Virus record (IMG/VR): IMGVR_UViG_3300020451_002055
Reading direction: 5' to 3' (one strand)
Origin: a virus
Taxonomy: Duplodnaviria > Heunggongvirae > Uroviricota > Caudoviricetes
Length of the DNA: 64,000 nucleotides
In this document: positions 39,942 through 48,181 of the stretch, one piece after another
How the letters are laid out: the number at the start of each line of letters is the position of its first letter
Numbering within the stretch: position 1 is the first letter of the stretch
Translations under genes and position numbers: made by a program
Notes under the pieces: generated by a model
Database searches by the model: none
The model's input: the letters and a program-made list of their open reading frames with translations, nothing else
What the model was told of the DNA's origin: nothing

Positions 39942-40663
39942 GTTTCTTTACAACGCAGAGAAAAGCGCCGACATTGTTTTGGTGCATGGTCATCGCGTTC
40001 ATCGCGTTGATGGCATTTCCCGCTGACGCATTCGGTCAGCGAAGCAGAAGCAGAAGCAGCGGGAGCCGCAGCAGCTACAAGCAACCCTCAAGGAACAAGA
40101 GCGCTTCGCAGAACCGTTCGAGAACCAACAAGCAGGCTCGACCGTCCCAGAAGAACAACAGCAGCAAAAGCTGGGGCAGCAGCAACAAGAGCAAGTCAAC
40201 GAAGGCAACCAAAGCCGATCGCGCTCTGCATGATCGAGCCAAGAAGCAGGGAACTCATTTCCAGAACCGACAGCAAGCGACGGCTGCATTTGCTACAAAG
40301 AAGGGACCGGAGCTTCGCGCGAAGAACCCGGTTCGCTTCGACAGCAAGCCAGCAACGAGGCCGAGCTACATTCCGCAGACCTATTCATCTGGCGGTAATA
40401 CATACAACATCTCTTACAATCCTGGCTACGGCGGGTACGGCTACATGAACGCATTGGGTACATGGGTCATGTATGACATCATGTGGAACCAGGCCTTCGT
40501 CAACAACCAGATGCGAACCTACGGCTACGCATACGGTCCTGCTCCATCTGCCGGGCCGGGTGCCGGAATGGTTCTCGGCATCATCGTCGGCGTCGTTGTC
40601 ATCGGAGGCGTTATCTTCTTCGTTGTCGCATCGAACAGCGAGAGCGAAAGCAGAGCCGCCTAA
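39938..40663 (+). CDS. secreted/membrane protein with Ser/Arg-rich low-complexity region
   Basis: Signal peptide, RSRSRSSGS, C-terminal TM. Confidence 0.75.
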   Translation: MSFFTTQRKAPTLFWCMVIAFIALMAFPADAFGQRSRSRSSGSRSSYKQPSRNKSASQNRSRTNKQARPSQKNNSSKSWGSSNKSKSTKATKADRALHDRAKKQGTHFQNRQQATAAFATKKGPELRAKNPVRFDSKPATRPSYIPQTYSSGGNTYNISYNPGYGGYGYMNALGTWVMYDIMWNQAFVNNQMRTYGYAYGPAPSAGPGAGMVLGIIVGVVVIGGVIFFVVASNSESESRAA

Positions 40664-41349
40664 TGGAAGACCTGCGCGAAATCCAAACGTCTGCGTATTG
40701 GGAGGCGGTCAAACCGGGCACGATCGTCCATCTGACCGATACGCAGACGATGCTCGCCTCGATCGGAACAGGTCAGTCGCAAGACAAGAGCTTCACCATC
40801 CGCTCTGTCTGGCGAACTGAGGAACTCGGAAGCCTTTGCGTCTGGTACATCTGCCGGATGGAAGCAATGGATCATGAGGAACTGTTCCTGATCGCTAAGG
40901 TGGTCGGAGATGTTGCTGATCTTGGGATTTACTTCCCGATCGAAGGCATCGATCCCGACAATCGTCAAGGTCTTATTGATGATCAAGAGGCGTTCTGGCT
41001 TTTCCAAGAGCCGGACAACCCGGATGATCTTGATCCGCTCGAACTGGAATACACTACATCGTTCTCGCTGACAATGGAAAATGACTTCGACGGCGAGTTT
41101 GATGTCGAGTATGTTCAGACCGATGTCGGGCCGCTTCAAGCTCGAACGACTTACGATCCTCCCGAGGATGGAGTCACAGACCATTTGGCAACGGTTGTCG
41201 AGTTCGCCGCTGATACGGACAAGACAGAGAATACCCGCGCCATGATTCTCGAAATCGGCGAAGAGGACAACGAAGATGGAGGCCTTGTTACAGTTCTCCT
41301 CGGAGACCTCATCGCTCCCGATGTCGAGATCAACATCATGACCGTCTGA
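40663..41349 (+). CDS. acidic hypothetical protein
   Basis: TAATG coupling with previous gene. Confidence 0.7.
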   Translation: MEDLREIQTSAYWEAVKPGTIVHLTDTQTMLASIGTGQSQDKSFTIRSVWRTEELGSLCVWYICRMEAMDHEELFLIAKVVGDVADLGIYFPIEGIDPDNRQGLIDDQEAFWLFQEPDNPDDLDPLELEYTTSFSLTMENDFDGEFDVEYVQTDVGPLQARTTYDPPEDGVTDHLATVVEFAADTDKTENTRAMILEIGEEDNEDGGLVTVLLGDLIAPDVEINIMTV

Positions 41350-41402
41350 TCGAGTTCCGCCTGCCTTACCGGGCAGGCGTTTCTTTCCTAAAGGAGAACC
41401 CC

Positions 41403-42518
41403 ATGCGTCTAATCGCCGCCATTGTCTTTCTCATCAGTTTCATCTCTCCCGCGATTGCGCAGGAAGAGGAAGTTCAGGACAGGAGAGCCGTCAAGGTCGC
41501 TGTCTATGAATCCGACCCGTTTGTTTCAAGGGCAGACGATGACTCGCTGACCGGATACGACATCGCTCTGATCGAGCAGATCGCATTCATCAATCAATGG
41601 AACATTTCCTATGTTCAGGTTGATAGGTTCAGCGACTTGCTTGAGAGAGTCGAAGACGAAGAAGTTGACATCGCCATCTCAAGCATCACGATCACGCCCG
41701 AAAGGGAACGATCGGTCGATTTCTCTCAACCCTATATGCATACGGGTCTTGGTATCCTTGTCTCCGAAGACAGAAGCACGACGATGAGCGAAGCAATCGG
41801 CTCATGGATTTCTACCAGAGTTCCTTTGGCGGTTGATTTGCTGACGATCTGCTTCTTCTTCATCATTGCTCTGATGTTTTGGGGCATCGTTCTTTACCTG
41901 ACTGATGAACAGCGGAAAGCTGATGCGGCTGATGAAGACGGACTGACTTTCATGGAAGTGGTTCGAGGTAGCGCGGATTCGATGTGGCTTGCCTTTACAA
42001 CCGGATCGACAATCGGCTACGGCGAAGTTTACCCGAGAAAGACCGCGGCTCGAATCACCGCTGTCTTCTGCTTCTTTACGGTTGCGATTCTCGTTAGCTC
42101 GCTGACCGCAACGATCACCTCATTCAACGTTGTTCAGCAGATCAACGTCGGCATCCAAGGCGCGGGCGATCTCAAGGGCAAGACTGTCGCAACGGTCGGA
42201 GGAACGACCAGCGTTTCTTCTGCCGCGAGGTACGGAGCCAACGTCGAGACATACGACAACATTGACCAGGCAATCGCTGCTGTCATTCTCGGGAATGCTG
42301 ACGCTGTTGTCTACGACGAGCCTCGACTGCGGTACTTCGCCAACAACCAAGGCAGGAACAAGGTCCGCTTGGTTGATACGGTCTTCGAGTCGCAGGACTA
42401 CGGCATTGCGTTCGTTCAAGGCAGCAATCTGCGGGAATCCGCCAACGTCGCCCTTCTTTCCATGCAAGACAAGGGCGAGTTGTCGGAGTTCGAGCATAGT
42501 TATTTCGGAGCGCCATGA
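41403..42518 (+). CDS. GluR0-like ligand-gated potassium channel (amino-acid-binding domain + K+ pore)
   Basis: Signal peptide, SBP family 3 motifs (ITITPERERSVDFSQPY), TM-pore-TM with TIGYG filter. Confidence 0.88.
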   Translation: MRLIAAIVFLISFISPAIAQEEEVQDRRAVKVAVYESDPFVSRADDDSLTGYDIALIEQIAFINQWNISYVQVDRFSDLLERVEDEEVDIAISSITITPERERSVDFSQPYMHTGLGILVSEDRSTTMSEAIGSWISTRVPLAVDLLTICFFFIIALMFWGIVLYLTDEQRKADAADEDGLTFMEVVRGSADSMWLAFTTGSTIGYGEVYPRKTAARITAVFCFFTVAILVSSLTATITSFNVVQQINVGIQGAGDLKGKTVATVGGTTSVSSAARYGANVETYDNIDQAIAAVILGNADAVVYDEPRLRYFANNQGRNKVRLVDTVFESQDYGIAFVQGSNLRESANVALLSMQDKGELSEFEHSYFGAP

Positions 42519-42573
42519 ACAGGTGACGCTCTAGAGGCATACAATCAATAGGCACCATTTCAAAGGAACCACC

Positions 42574-44061
42574 ATGGCTACCCCATTCAGGACCAGAATC
42601 CCTCGACTGACAGACTCATACAAGGTTTCCCATGCGGCTCAGTATCCAGACGGAACCTCCAAGGTATACAGCTACTTTGAGTCCCGAGGAGGCAAGTTCC
42701 CTGTTACTGGTCTTTTTGGCCTCCAATACATCCTCATGGCTTACCTCGAAGGCGAGGTAGCTACGCAGCGAGACATCAACCGAGATCAGCACTTTTTCGC
42801 TGCCCACTTCTTCGGGAATGGAGCCCTTCACAACAAGGCAGGTTGGCAGCGCATCGTCGATGTTCATGGCGGGCGACTGCCTGTCCGCATCATGGCGGCT
42901 CCCGAGGGAACGATCGCCCCGAACAGCAACGTCCTCTTCACCATCGAAAACCTCGATCCTCAACTCTACTGGTTGACCAATTACATCGAGTCGATCCTCC
43001 TGCATGCATGGTCGGCTTCTACCGTCATGACCGGCAGCCGCAACAGCAAGCAGATTCTCTTCAACGCTCTTGAGCGGTCTGGCGATCCTTCGGGCCTCCC
43101 GTTCAAGCTGCATGATTTTGGCTTCCGCGGCGTTTCGAGCGTCGAGACCGCTGCAACCGCTGGAGCGGCCCATCTTGTCAACTTCATGGGAACGGACACG
43201 CTCATCGCCTGCGATCTCATTGCTCAATACTATTCGGGTAAGCGACCCGAAGAAGTTGAAGCGATGAGCGATGACGAGTACGGTCGTTTCATCGCAGAGA
43301 ACATGGCCGGGCACTCCATTCCGGCGTCCGAGCATTCGACCATCACGACATGGGGCGAGGATGGGGAGATCGATGCATTCCGCAACATGCTCAAAGTCTA
43401 CCCGAGCGGTCTTGTTGCATGCGTCTCGGACTCTTGGGATATCGATCGAGCATGCAGCGAGCTTTGGCCCTCGCTCAAGGGCGAAATTGAAGCACGCGAC
43501 GGTCTTCTCGTTGTCCGTCCTGACTCTGGCGAGCCCACCGATGTTGTTCCTCGCATCCTTGGTCATCTCGCCGAGGGATTCGGATACACGACCAACAGCA
43601 AGGGCTTCAAGGTTCTGCATGATCAGGTCCGCGTCATTCAAGGCGACGGCATCGACTTCGACAGCATCTCGACCATCCTCGATGCGGTCATGGATGCAGG
43701 TTTTTCTGCCGACAACATTGCCTTCGGATCTGGCGGCGGACTGCTGCAGAAGGTCAACCGCGATACGCAGCGGGTTGCCATCAAGTGCAGCCATGCGATC
43801 ATCAATGGCGAAGAAACGGATGTTTTCAAGCGTCCGAAGACTGACCCGACAAAGGACAGCAAGCGAGGAAGGCTCGCTCTCGTTCAGACTCATGACGGCC
43901 TCGCTACGGTTCAGGAATCGGATGCCGACAATTACGCTGGCGGCAACCAGTTGATCGAGGTCTTCAACAACGGCGAGGTTTGCAACCTGCAGTCGTTCTC
44001 TGACATTCGTCGTCGGGCGGAACTTCCTGAGGTTGCTGAACTGTCTGCCGCTACTGCCTAA
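42574..44061 (+). CDS. nadV: nicotinamide phosphoribosyltransferase (NAMPT)
   Basis: TDSYKVSH..QYP, LHDFGFRG, PASEHS, VSDSWD, RPDSG, IQGDG, FGSGGGLLQ. Confidence 0.95.
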   Translation: MATPFRTRIPRLTDSYKVSHAAQYPDGTSKVYSYFESRGGKFPVTGLFGLQYILMAYLEGEVATQRDINRDQHFFAAHFFGNGALHNKAGWQRIVDVHGGRLPVRIMAAPEGTIAPNSNVLFTIENLDPQLYWLTNYIESILLHAWSASTVMTGSRNSKQILFNALERSGDPSGLPFKLHDFGFRGVSSVETAATAGAAHLVNFMGTDTLIACDLIAQYYSGKRPEEVEAMSDDEYGRFIAENMAGHSIPASEHSTITTWGEDGEIDAFRNMLKVYPSGLVACVSDSWDIDRACSELWPSLKGEIEARDGLLVVRPDSGEPTDVVPRILGHLAEGFGYTTNSKGFKVLHDQVRVIQGDGIDFDSISTILDAVMDAGFSADNIAFGSGGGLLQKVNRDTQRVAIKCSHAIINGEETDVFKRPKTDPTKDSKRGRLALVQTHDGLATVQESDADNYAGGNQLIEVFNNGEVCNLQSFSDIRRRAELPEVAELSAATA

Positions 44062-44083
44062 TCAACCTGACGGAGGCTCGCTG

Positions 44084-44818
44084 ATGGATAATGTCTTTCT
44101 CAAGAGCGTTCAGTCGTTCATTACTCGCTTCCCTGAAGGCAGGACTCCTTGCTCGTTCTTTGTGACAGGCGGAGGATTCAGTCTGCTCGACATCGGAAAG
44201 GTGCCGGGAGCAAGTAAGGTTTTGGCTGATGCGTACATTGCGTACCATATGCTCGAAGAGATTGCTGTCCTCAATACCGTTGTTGCGGATCATACCGACA
44301 AACTGACCAACGGAGACATCGGCTTCGTTTCTCCATGGACTACTTACTGGTATGCCCGAGCTATGATGGCTCGGCATGCTGCGACTATTCCTGATGCTAC
44401 GATTTGCGTTGTCAATGCGAGCCTGACAACTAATCGGTGGCGTCGAGGAAAGAATGAAGCTTTCTTTGCTGTTGTCAACAGACCAGTGGACAGCAAAGAC
44501 GGCGAAGTTCGCATGTTCAGACTCGATATGGATAAGCTTGAGGAGGACGAATACGCCCGAATCGAGCATCAACATCAAATCGCTTTGTCGGGTCTTTCAG
44601 ATCCGAGCCAAGCCCCTTTGCATCCGATCACACAACGCCGCGCCTTTGAAGATGAGAAGGTTGCTCAGGTTGCTATGGGACTTCTTCTTGAAGACCCAAC
44701 GCTCGTCCGCTTGATCGAGCATAGCGAAGCTGTCTATCCAATCGAGATTGAAGGCGATCCCACAAACCCCGAAAGCTTCGTCCCTCAGTTGGACGCGCCA
44801 TGGACAGCAAGGCCCTGA
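44084..44818 (+). CDS. CinA-like protein (N-terminal partner of NMN adenylyltransferase)
   Basis: VTGGG...VPGASK...RRG motifs. Confidence 0.55.
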   Translation: MDNVFLKSVQSFITRFPEGRTPCSFFVTGGGFSLLDIGKVPGASKVLADAYIAYHMLEEIAVLNTVVADHTDKLTNGDIGFVSPWTTYWYARAMMARHAATIPDATICVVNASLTTNRWRRGKNEAFFAVVNRPVDSKDGEVRMFRLDMDKLEEDEYARIEHQHQIALSGLSDPSQAPLHPITQRRAFEDEKVAQVAMGLLLEDPTLVRLIEHSEAVYPIEIEGDPTNPESFVPQLDAPWTARP

Positions 44819-44819
44819 T

Positions 44820-45464
44820 ATGCCCAAGATGACGCTCGAACAAGCCCATGCTCGCGTTCAGCGAGACTCCCTCTTTGCCTTCGTCTACGACGACGGCTTT
44901 GCTCAGCCGGTCTACGACCTTGAGGCCCCCTGGGTCGAGCGAGAGGTTCATTTGCTGCCCGGCAGCTTCAATCCGATCCATCGAGCCCATGAAGCGATGT
45001 TCGAGCAGATGCGAAGGAACGGCATCTACGCAGCCTACGAGATCAGCATGGAGCGGATCGACAAGGAGTTCCTGACCTACGAAGAACTGCAGGCACGACT
45101 TGTTCAGTTCAACGGTAAGGGTCCGGTCCTTGTTGACCGCTGGCCCTACTTCATGCAGAAAGCGGGTATCCTCCGCAACTGGAACCTGACTTTCCATGTC
45201 GGCGTTGATACTGCCATCCGGCTTGTCGAGTCTCATGGGATTGCCGGAATCCAAGGAATTGCGGCTGATTTCGTCGTCTACGACCGCATTTGGGAAAACA
45301 GACGGCAAGGCCTCGGAAGCTGCATGGTCTTCGCCAACCGGACTCCCTCGAACTTTCGACCCGGCAATACGCCTGATGAGACTCTTCTCGGGTTGTCTTC
45401 TACTGCTATCCGGGCGGGTCATCAGACCCCGGACGGCAGAGCAATCGCCTCAGCGACCAACTGA
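44820..45464 (+). CDS. NMN/NaMN adenylyltransferase-like (HxGH family)
   Basis: LPGSFNPIHRAH, VGVDT, LSSTAIR. Confidence 0.8.
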   Translation: MPKMTLEQAHARVQRDSLFAFVYDDGFAQPVYDLEAPWVEREVHLLPGSFNPIHRAHEAMFEQMRRNGIYAAYEISMERIDKEFLTYEELQARLVQFNGKGPVLVDRWPYFMQKAGILRNWNLTFHVGVDTAIRLVESHGIAGIQGIAADFVVYDRIWENRRQGLGSCMVFANRTPSNFRPGNTPDETLLGLSSTAIRAGHQTPDGRAIASATN

Positions 45465-45495
45465 AGATTTCCGCGAAAAAAAGTTGGATTGGGGA

Positions 45496-45523
45496 TTGAC
45501 AACCGCCGCAAGGCGGTTATTCT
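45496..45523 (+). promoter_or_regulatory. sigma70-type promoter of RNA cluster
   Basis: TTGACA-16 nt-TATTCT; spacer is a palindrome ACCGCC GCAA GGCGGT. Confidence 0.65.
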
Positions 45524-45859
45524 TTGACCTCATGCCCTCGGTTGGGCATACGAAACGGAGTAGACTATGCGACCCGCCAACGACATCCCGAACCCCGCCA
45601 AGGGGACAGGGCCGTGCCTTGAAAAAGGCACAGTCGGCGTTGATCGCGCCTCCGTCGATAGCAGCGATCAACTCTGATACCTGCTCCCCTCCGACCAAAA
45701 ATCTGGTAAAGCTTGAAGGATTTTTCGCAGCTTTGCGTGAATCCTTACGCTACCCCTCAACTTCATGACGAAGTATAGGGACCGACGCAGCGACCTACCA
45801 ATCGCTTAGTCAGAGACAAATACTGATCAGCAGGTGAAAGCCTGGTTTGGTATATTGCA

Positions 45860-45923
45860 GTTTGGGTTGAAGAATCAAGGTTATCTTGACAATGGCTCCT
45901 TGGTTCAACTCCCTTACCCAAAC
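45860..45923 (+). ncRNA. minimal Y RNA-like element 1
   Basis: GTTTGGGT-TGA-A-GAATCAAGG-TTATC...CCTTGGTTC-AACTCC-CTT-ACCCAAAC. Confidence 0.7.
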
Positions 45924-45928
45924 GTCAT

Positions 45929-46002
45929 CAGAGTGTAGCTCAGTTTGGCAGAGCGTCTGGTTCGGGGCCAGAAGGCCGGAGGTTCAAATCCTCTCACTCT
46001 GA
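45929..46002 (+). tRNA. tRNA-Pro(CGG)
   Basis: CAGAGTG/CACTCTG, TCTGG-TTCGGGG-CCAGA. Confidence 0.92.
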
Positions 46003-46227
46003 CTTTTGAAAACTGAATAAAGGACGAAGTATGGATGCAAAGAGAGCATTGTTAGACGTAGCAGACCGGGCACTAACTCATCAGTTCATCATGTCGAAAA
46101 GACTGAAACCGGGTGAGTTCCTAGAACGGTATACTACGGCAGAAGAACGAGAAGCTTTGAAAGGCCTCAGGAGTGAGGACGCTCAAAGCCCTCTAAGACA
46201 CATGCTTGATTTGTATCGATGAACGTA

Positions 46228-46387
46228 GGAGGTTTGGGCAGTAAGTTGCGATGAGAACCGTTGCGATCCGGGGACTTGAGAGACTTACCTCTCCCCGGTC
46301 GAGACACCCCACATCGGCTGGCACGTTGCTCAACAGTTCGTTGGAAGTCGAGGTTTGGATACCTCGATAGACCAGCCTCAAACCTCC
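46228..46387 (+). ncRNA. candidate structured ncRNA
   Basis: Closing helix GGAGGTTTGGG/CTCAAACCTCC with internal hairpins; no + strand ORF in the track. Confidence 0.5.
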
Positions 46388-46605
46388 ACAACATAAGGAT
46401 CAGATGATGCTTGGAAGCCTCATTAGCAAAGACACCGAAAGGCAGATCGCCGTAGCAGTTCGAGCGGCGAGCCTCGCTAAGGCAGCAGAATCTCTCGCAG
46501 TTGCGTCATCCAATGTCGCAGCCGCAGACGAGCGTCTCGCTCAAGACCTTCGGGTCACAGTCGGTCGTTTGCATGATGAAGTCAAAAGCCTCATCTGATC
46601 CTAGA

Positions 46606-46679
46606 CAGGGCGTAGCTCAGCTTGGTAGAGCGTCTGGTTTGGGACCAGAAGGCCGCACGTTCGAATCGTGTCGCCCTGA
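46606..46679 (+). tRNA. tRNA-Pro(TGG)
   Basis: CAGGGCG/CGCCCTG, TCTGG-TTTGGGA-CCAGA. Confidence 0.92.
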
Positions 46680-46683
46680 TTGA

Positions 46684-46887
46684 ATGGCAAGTATTTGTTC
46701 GAAACATCAAGAGTATGATCCGGATTGCGATCTATGCAAAGTAGACCTTTCTGATAGTCCTCTGTTTCAACAAATGCATGCCGAAGCAGAAGCAGCAGGC
46801 ACGCATGTCTGCGAGGAATGCAAGTTCCTCTATTACAAGACTGTCGATTCATGTCCGCTCTGCGGTCATCGACGGATTGACAACTGA
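46684..46887 (+). CDS. small Zn-finger protein
   Basis: CxxH/CxxC and CEEC..CPLC motifs. Confidence 0.6.
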   Translation: MASICSKHQEYDPDCDLCKVDLSDSPLFQQMHAEAEAAGTHVCEECKFLYYKTVDSCPLCGHRRIDN

Positions 46888-46890
46888 ATA

Positions 46891-47049
46891 GACTTTTGAT
46901 CTGTAGGAACCTGTTTAGGCAGGGAAATAAGGCCGGTATTACCAAACCTCGGTACACGGTCGCGAGCCTGAGGAAGGCAAGCCTGTCGGAGTAAGCTCCC
47001 GATTCTGTCCAAGAGTAAGAGGTTGTGAGGACGAGCAGATCAAGCAGTC
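46891..47049 (+). ncRNA. candidate structured ncRNA
   Basis: Closing helix GACTTTTGATCTG/CAGATCAAGCAGTC, starts right after TTGACAACTGAATA motif. Confidence 0.45.
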
Positions 47050-47078
47050 TACGGGATAAAACCCGTCTACTGCTTTCA

Positions 47079-47138
47079 TGGGCTGAAGAGTCAAGGTTAA
47101 CTTGGTAATGTTGCACCCTTGCCTCACTAACTTGCCCA
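47079..47138 (+). ncRNA. minimal Y RNA-like element 2
   Basis: TGGGC-TGA-A-GAGTCAAGG-TTAAC...CCTTGCCTC-ACTAA-CTT-GCCCA. Confidence 0.7.
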
Positions 47139-47151
47139 GACAATCAAAGAT

Positions 47152-47222
47152 CGGACTGAAGAATAGAAGGTTAACTTCAATTTTGATTTGAAACCCAACA
47201 CCCTTCATTCACTCCTTGTCCG
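47152..47222 (+). ncRNA. minimal Y RNA-like element 3
   Basis: CGGAC-TGA-A-GAATAGAAGG-TTAAC...CCTTCATTC-ACTC-CTT-GTCCG. Confidence 0.7.
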
Positions 47223-47230
47223 TTCTTGTT

Positions 47231-47359
47231 AGCGACGTAGCTCAATTGGTAGAGCGCCTAAAAGGTCTTCAACCAACGCCTTACCCGGCACGGGTTGATG
47301 GAATTGAAGGTTATCGCATGTGGAGCGGGAGGTTGCAGGTTCGAGTCCTGTCGTCGCGA
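47231..47359 (+). ncRNA. tRNA-shaped RNA with Y-like stem in anticodon arm (A)
   Basis: Acceptor GCGACG/CGTCGC, D arm, T arm; insert CTT-ACCCG GCA CGGGT-TGA...GGTTATC. Confidence 0.8.
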
Positions 47360-47377
47360 TTGAAAAACTGAATACAA

Positions 47378-47502
47378 CGCAACGTAGTTTAACGGCAAAA
47401 CACCTAAACATCGTTGTCCGCCCCTTACCCGATTCGGGTTGATGGAATTGACGGTTATCCTCTATCAAAGGGGTGATCCAGGTTCGAATCCTGGCGTTGC
47501 GT
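47378..47502 (+). ncRNA. tRNA-shaped RNA with Y-like stem in anticodon arm (B)
   Basis: Acceptor CGCAACG/CGTTGCG, D arm GTTT/AAAC, T arm; insert CTT-ACCCG ATT CGGGT-TGA...GGTTATC. Confidence 0.8.
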
Positions 47503-47523
47503 TTGAAAACTGAATAGACTTTT

Positions 47524-47626
47524 ACGGGTTGAATGCAATCGTTTATCGTTGGTTCAAGTCCAATCGCCGTTCTGCGGCGTAGCCCCAACTCAGGCGAGGG
47601 GCATTCGAGAGCAGTACCTTACCCGT
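47524..47626 (+). ncRNA. YrlA-type Y RNA (T arm, loop-closed acceptor stem, D arm inside terminal stem)
   Basis: ACGGGT-TGA...TTTATC-GTTGG TTCAAGT CCAAT-CGCCG TTCTG CGGCG-TA-GCCCC..GGGGC...CTT-ACCCGT. Confidence 0.8.
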
Positions 47627-47630
47627 TTTT

Positions 47631-47761
47631 CGTGCAGTAGCTCAACAGGTAGAGCGGCAGTCAAAAAGGTCCATGACCGATTTGCTTGCTCGTTTCGAGT
47701 TGAAGGTTGATGGTTATCTATCGCAAAACTGCTTGTGGAGGTTCGAGTCCTTCCTGCACGA
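47631..47761 (+). ncRNA. tRNA-shaped RNA with Y-like stem in anticodon loop (C)
   Basis: Acceptor CGTGCAG/CTGCACG, anticodon stem GCAGT/ACTGC; insert CTT-GCTCG TTT CGAGT-TGA...GGTTATC. Confidence 0.8.
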
Positions 47762-47764
47762 CTT

Positions 47765-47836
47765 CGCGGAGTGGAGAAGTAGTAACTCGCTTGGCTCATA
47801 ACCAAGAGATCGGTGGTGCAAATCCATCCTCCGCTA
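47765..47836 (+). tRNA. tRNA-Met(CAT), initiator-like
   Basis: C1:T72 mismatch, CTTGG-CTCATAA-CCAAG. Confidence 0.85.
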
Positions 47837-47847
47837 TTTTGAACATT

Positions 47848-48109
47848 GCAGGCGATTCTGCGATCGCCGGTTAGGGTAAGATGCACGCAGCAGAAGGTTC
47901 CTAGGGATACCGAAGTGCGTCCGGCGGCAAAGAGAACGCAGAACTCTACCGTCGAGACGAGGACACATCTGCTAGAGAGCCAGGTGGGGAATCTGGTTGT
48001 AATGTTCAGAAGCATGACGAGCCGCTTGCGAGACGCAAGGGTTTCTGCAGAGATCGGACCGATCCTAGGCAAATCCTAGGGGTAGGCCCCAAACAGGAGT
48101 ATCGCCTGT
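47848..48109 (+). ncRNA. candidate large structured ncRNA (~260 nt)
   Basis: Closing helix GCAGGCGAT/ATCGCCTGT; hairpins CTTGCG AGA CGCAAG and CCTAGG CAAAT CCTAGG. Confidence 0.5.
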
Positions 48110-48181
48110 TCTCGTCATTTCAACATACCCGGTTGACCTCTACCTGAAAGGGATACGTCAATAATGGCCGGGTTTACATTT

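Noticed and set aside
42616-43893. 425-aa - strand ORF (likewise 21037-22122 and 49401-50222)
   Set aside because: Antisense shadows of genes with strongly biased codon usage.
47231-47626. CRISPR array from repeated CCTTACCCG / CGGGTTGATGGAATTGA
   Set aside because: Repeats are parts of folded RNAs, not regularly spaced identical units; no cas genes.
47229-48072. - strand ORFs over the RNA cluster
   Set aside because: They overlap well-formed + strand RNA genes and show no protein motifs.
46891-48109. RNase P or SRP RNA calls
   Set aside because: Hallmark motifs (GAGGAAAGTCC; CAGG..GGAA..AGCA helix) were not found by eye; left unassigned.
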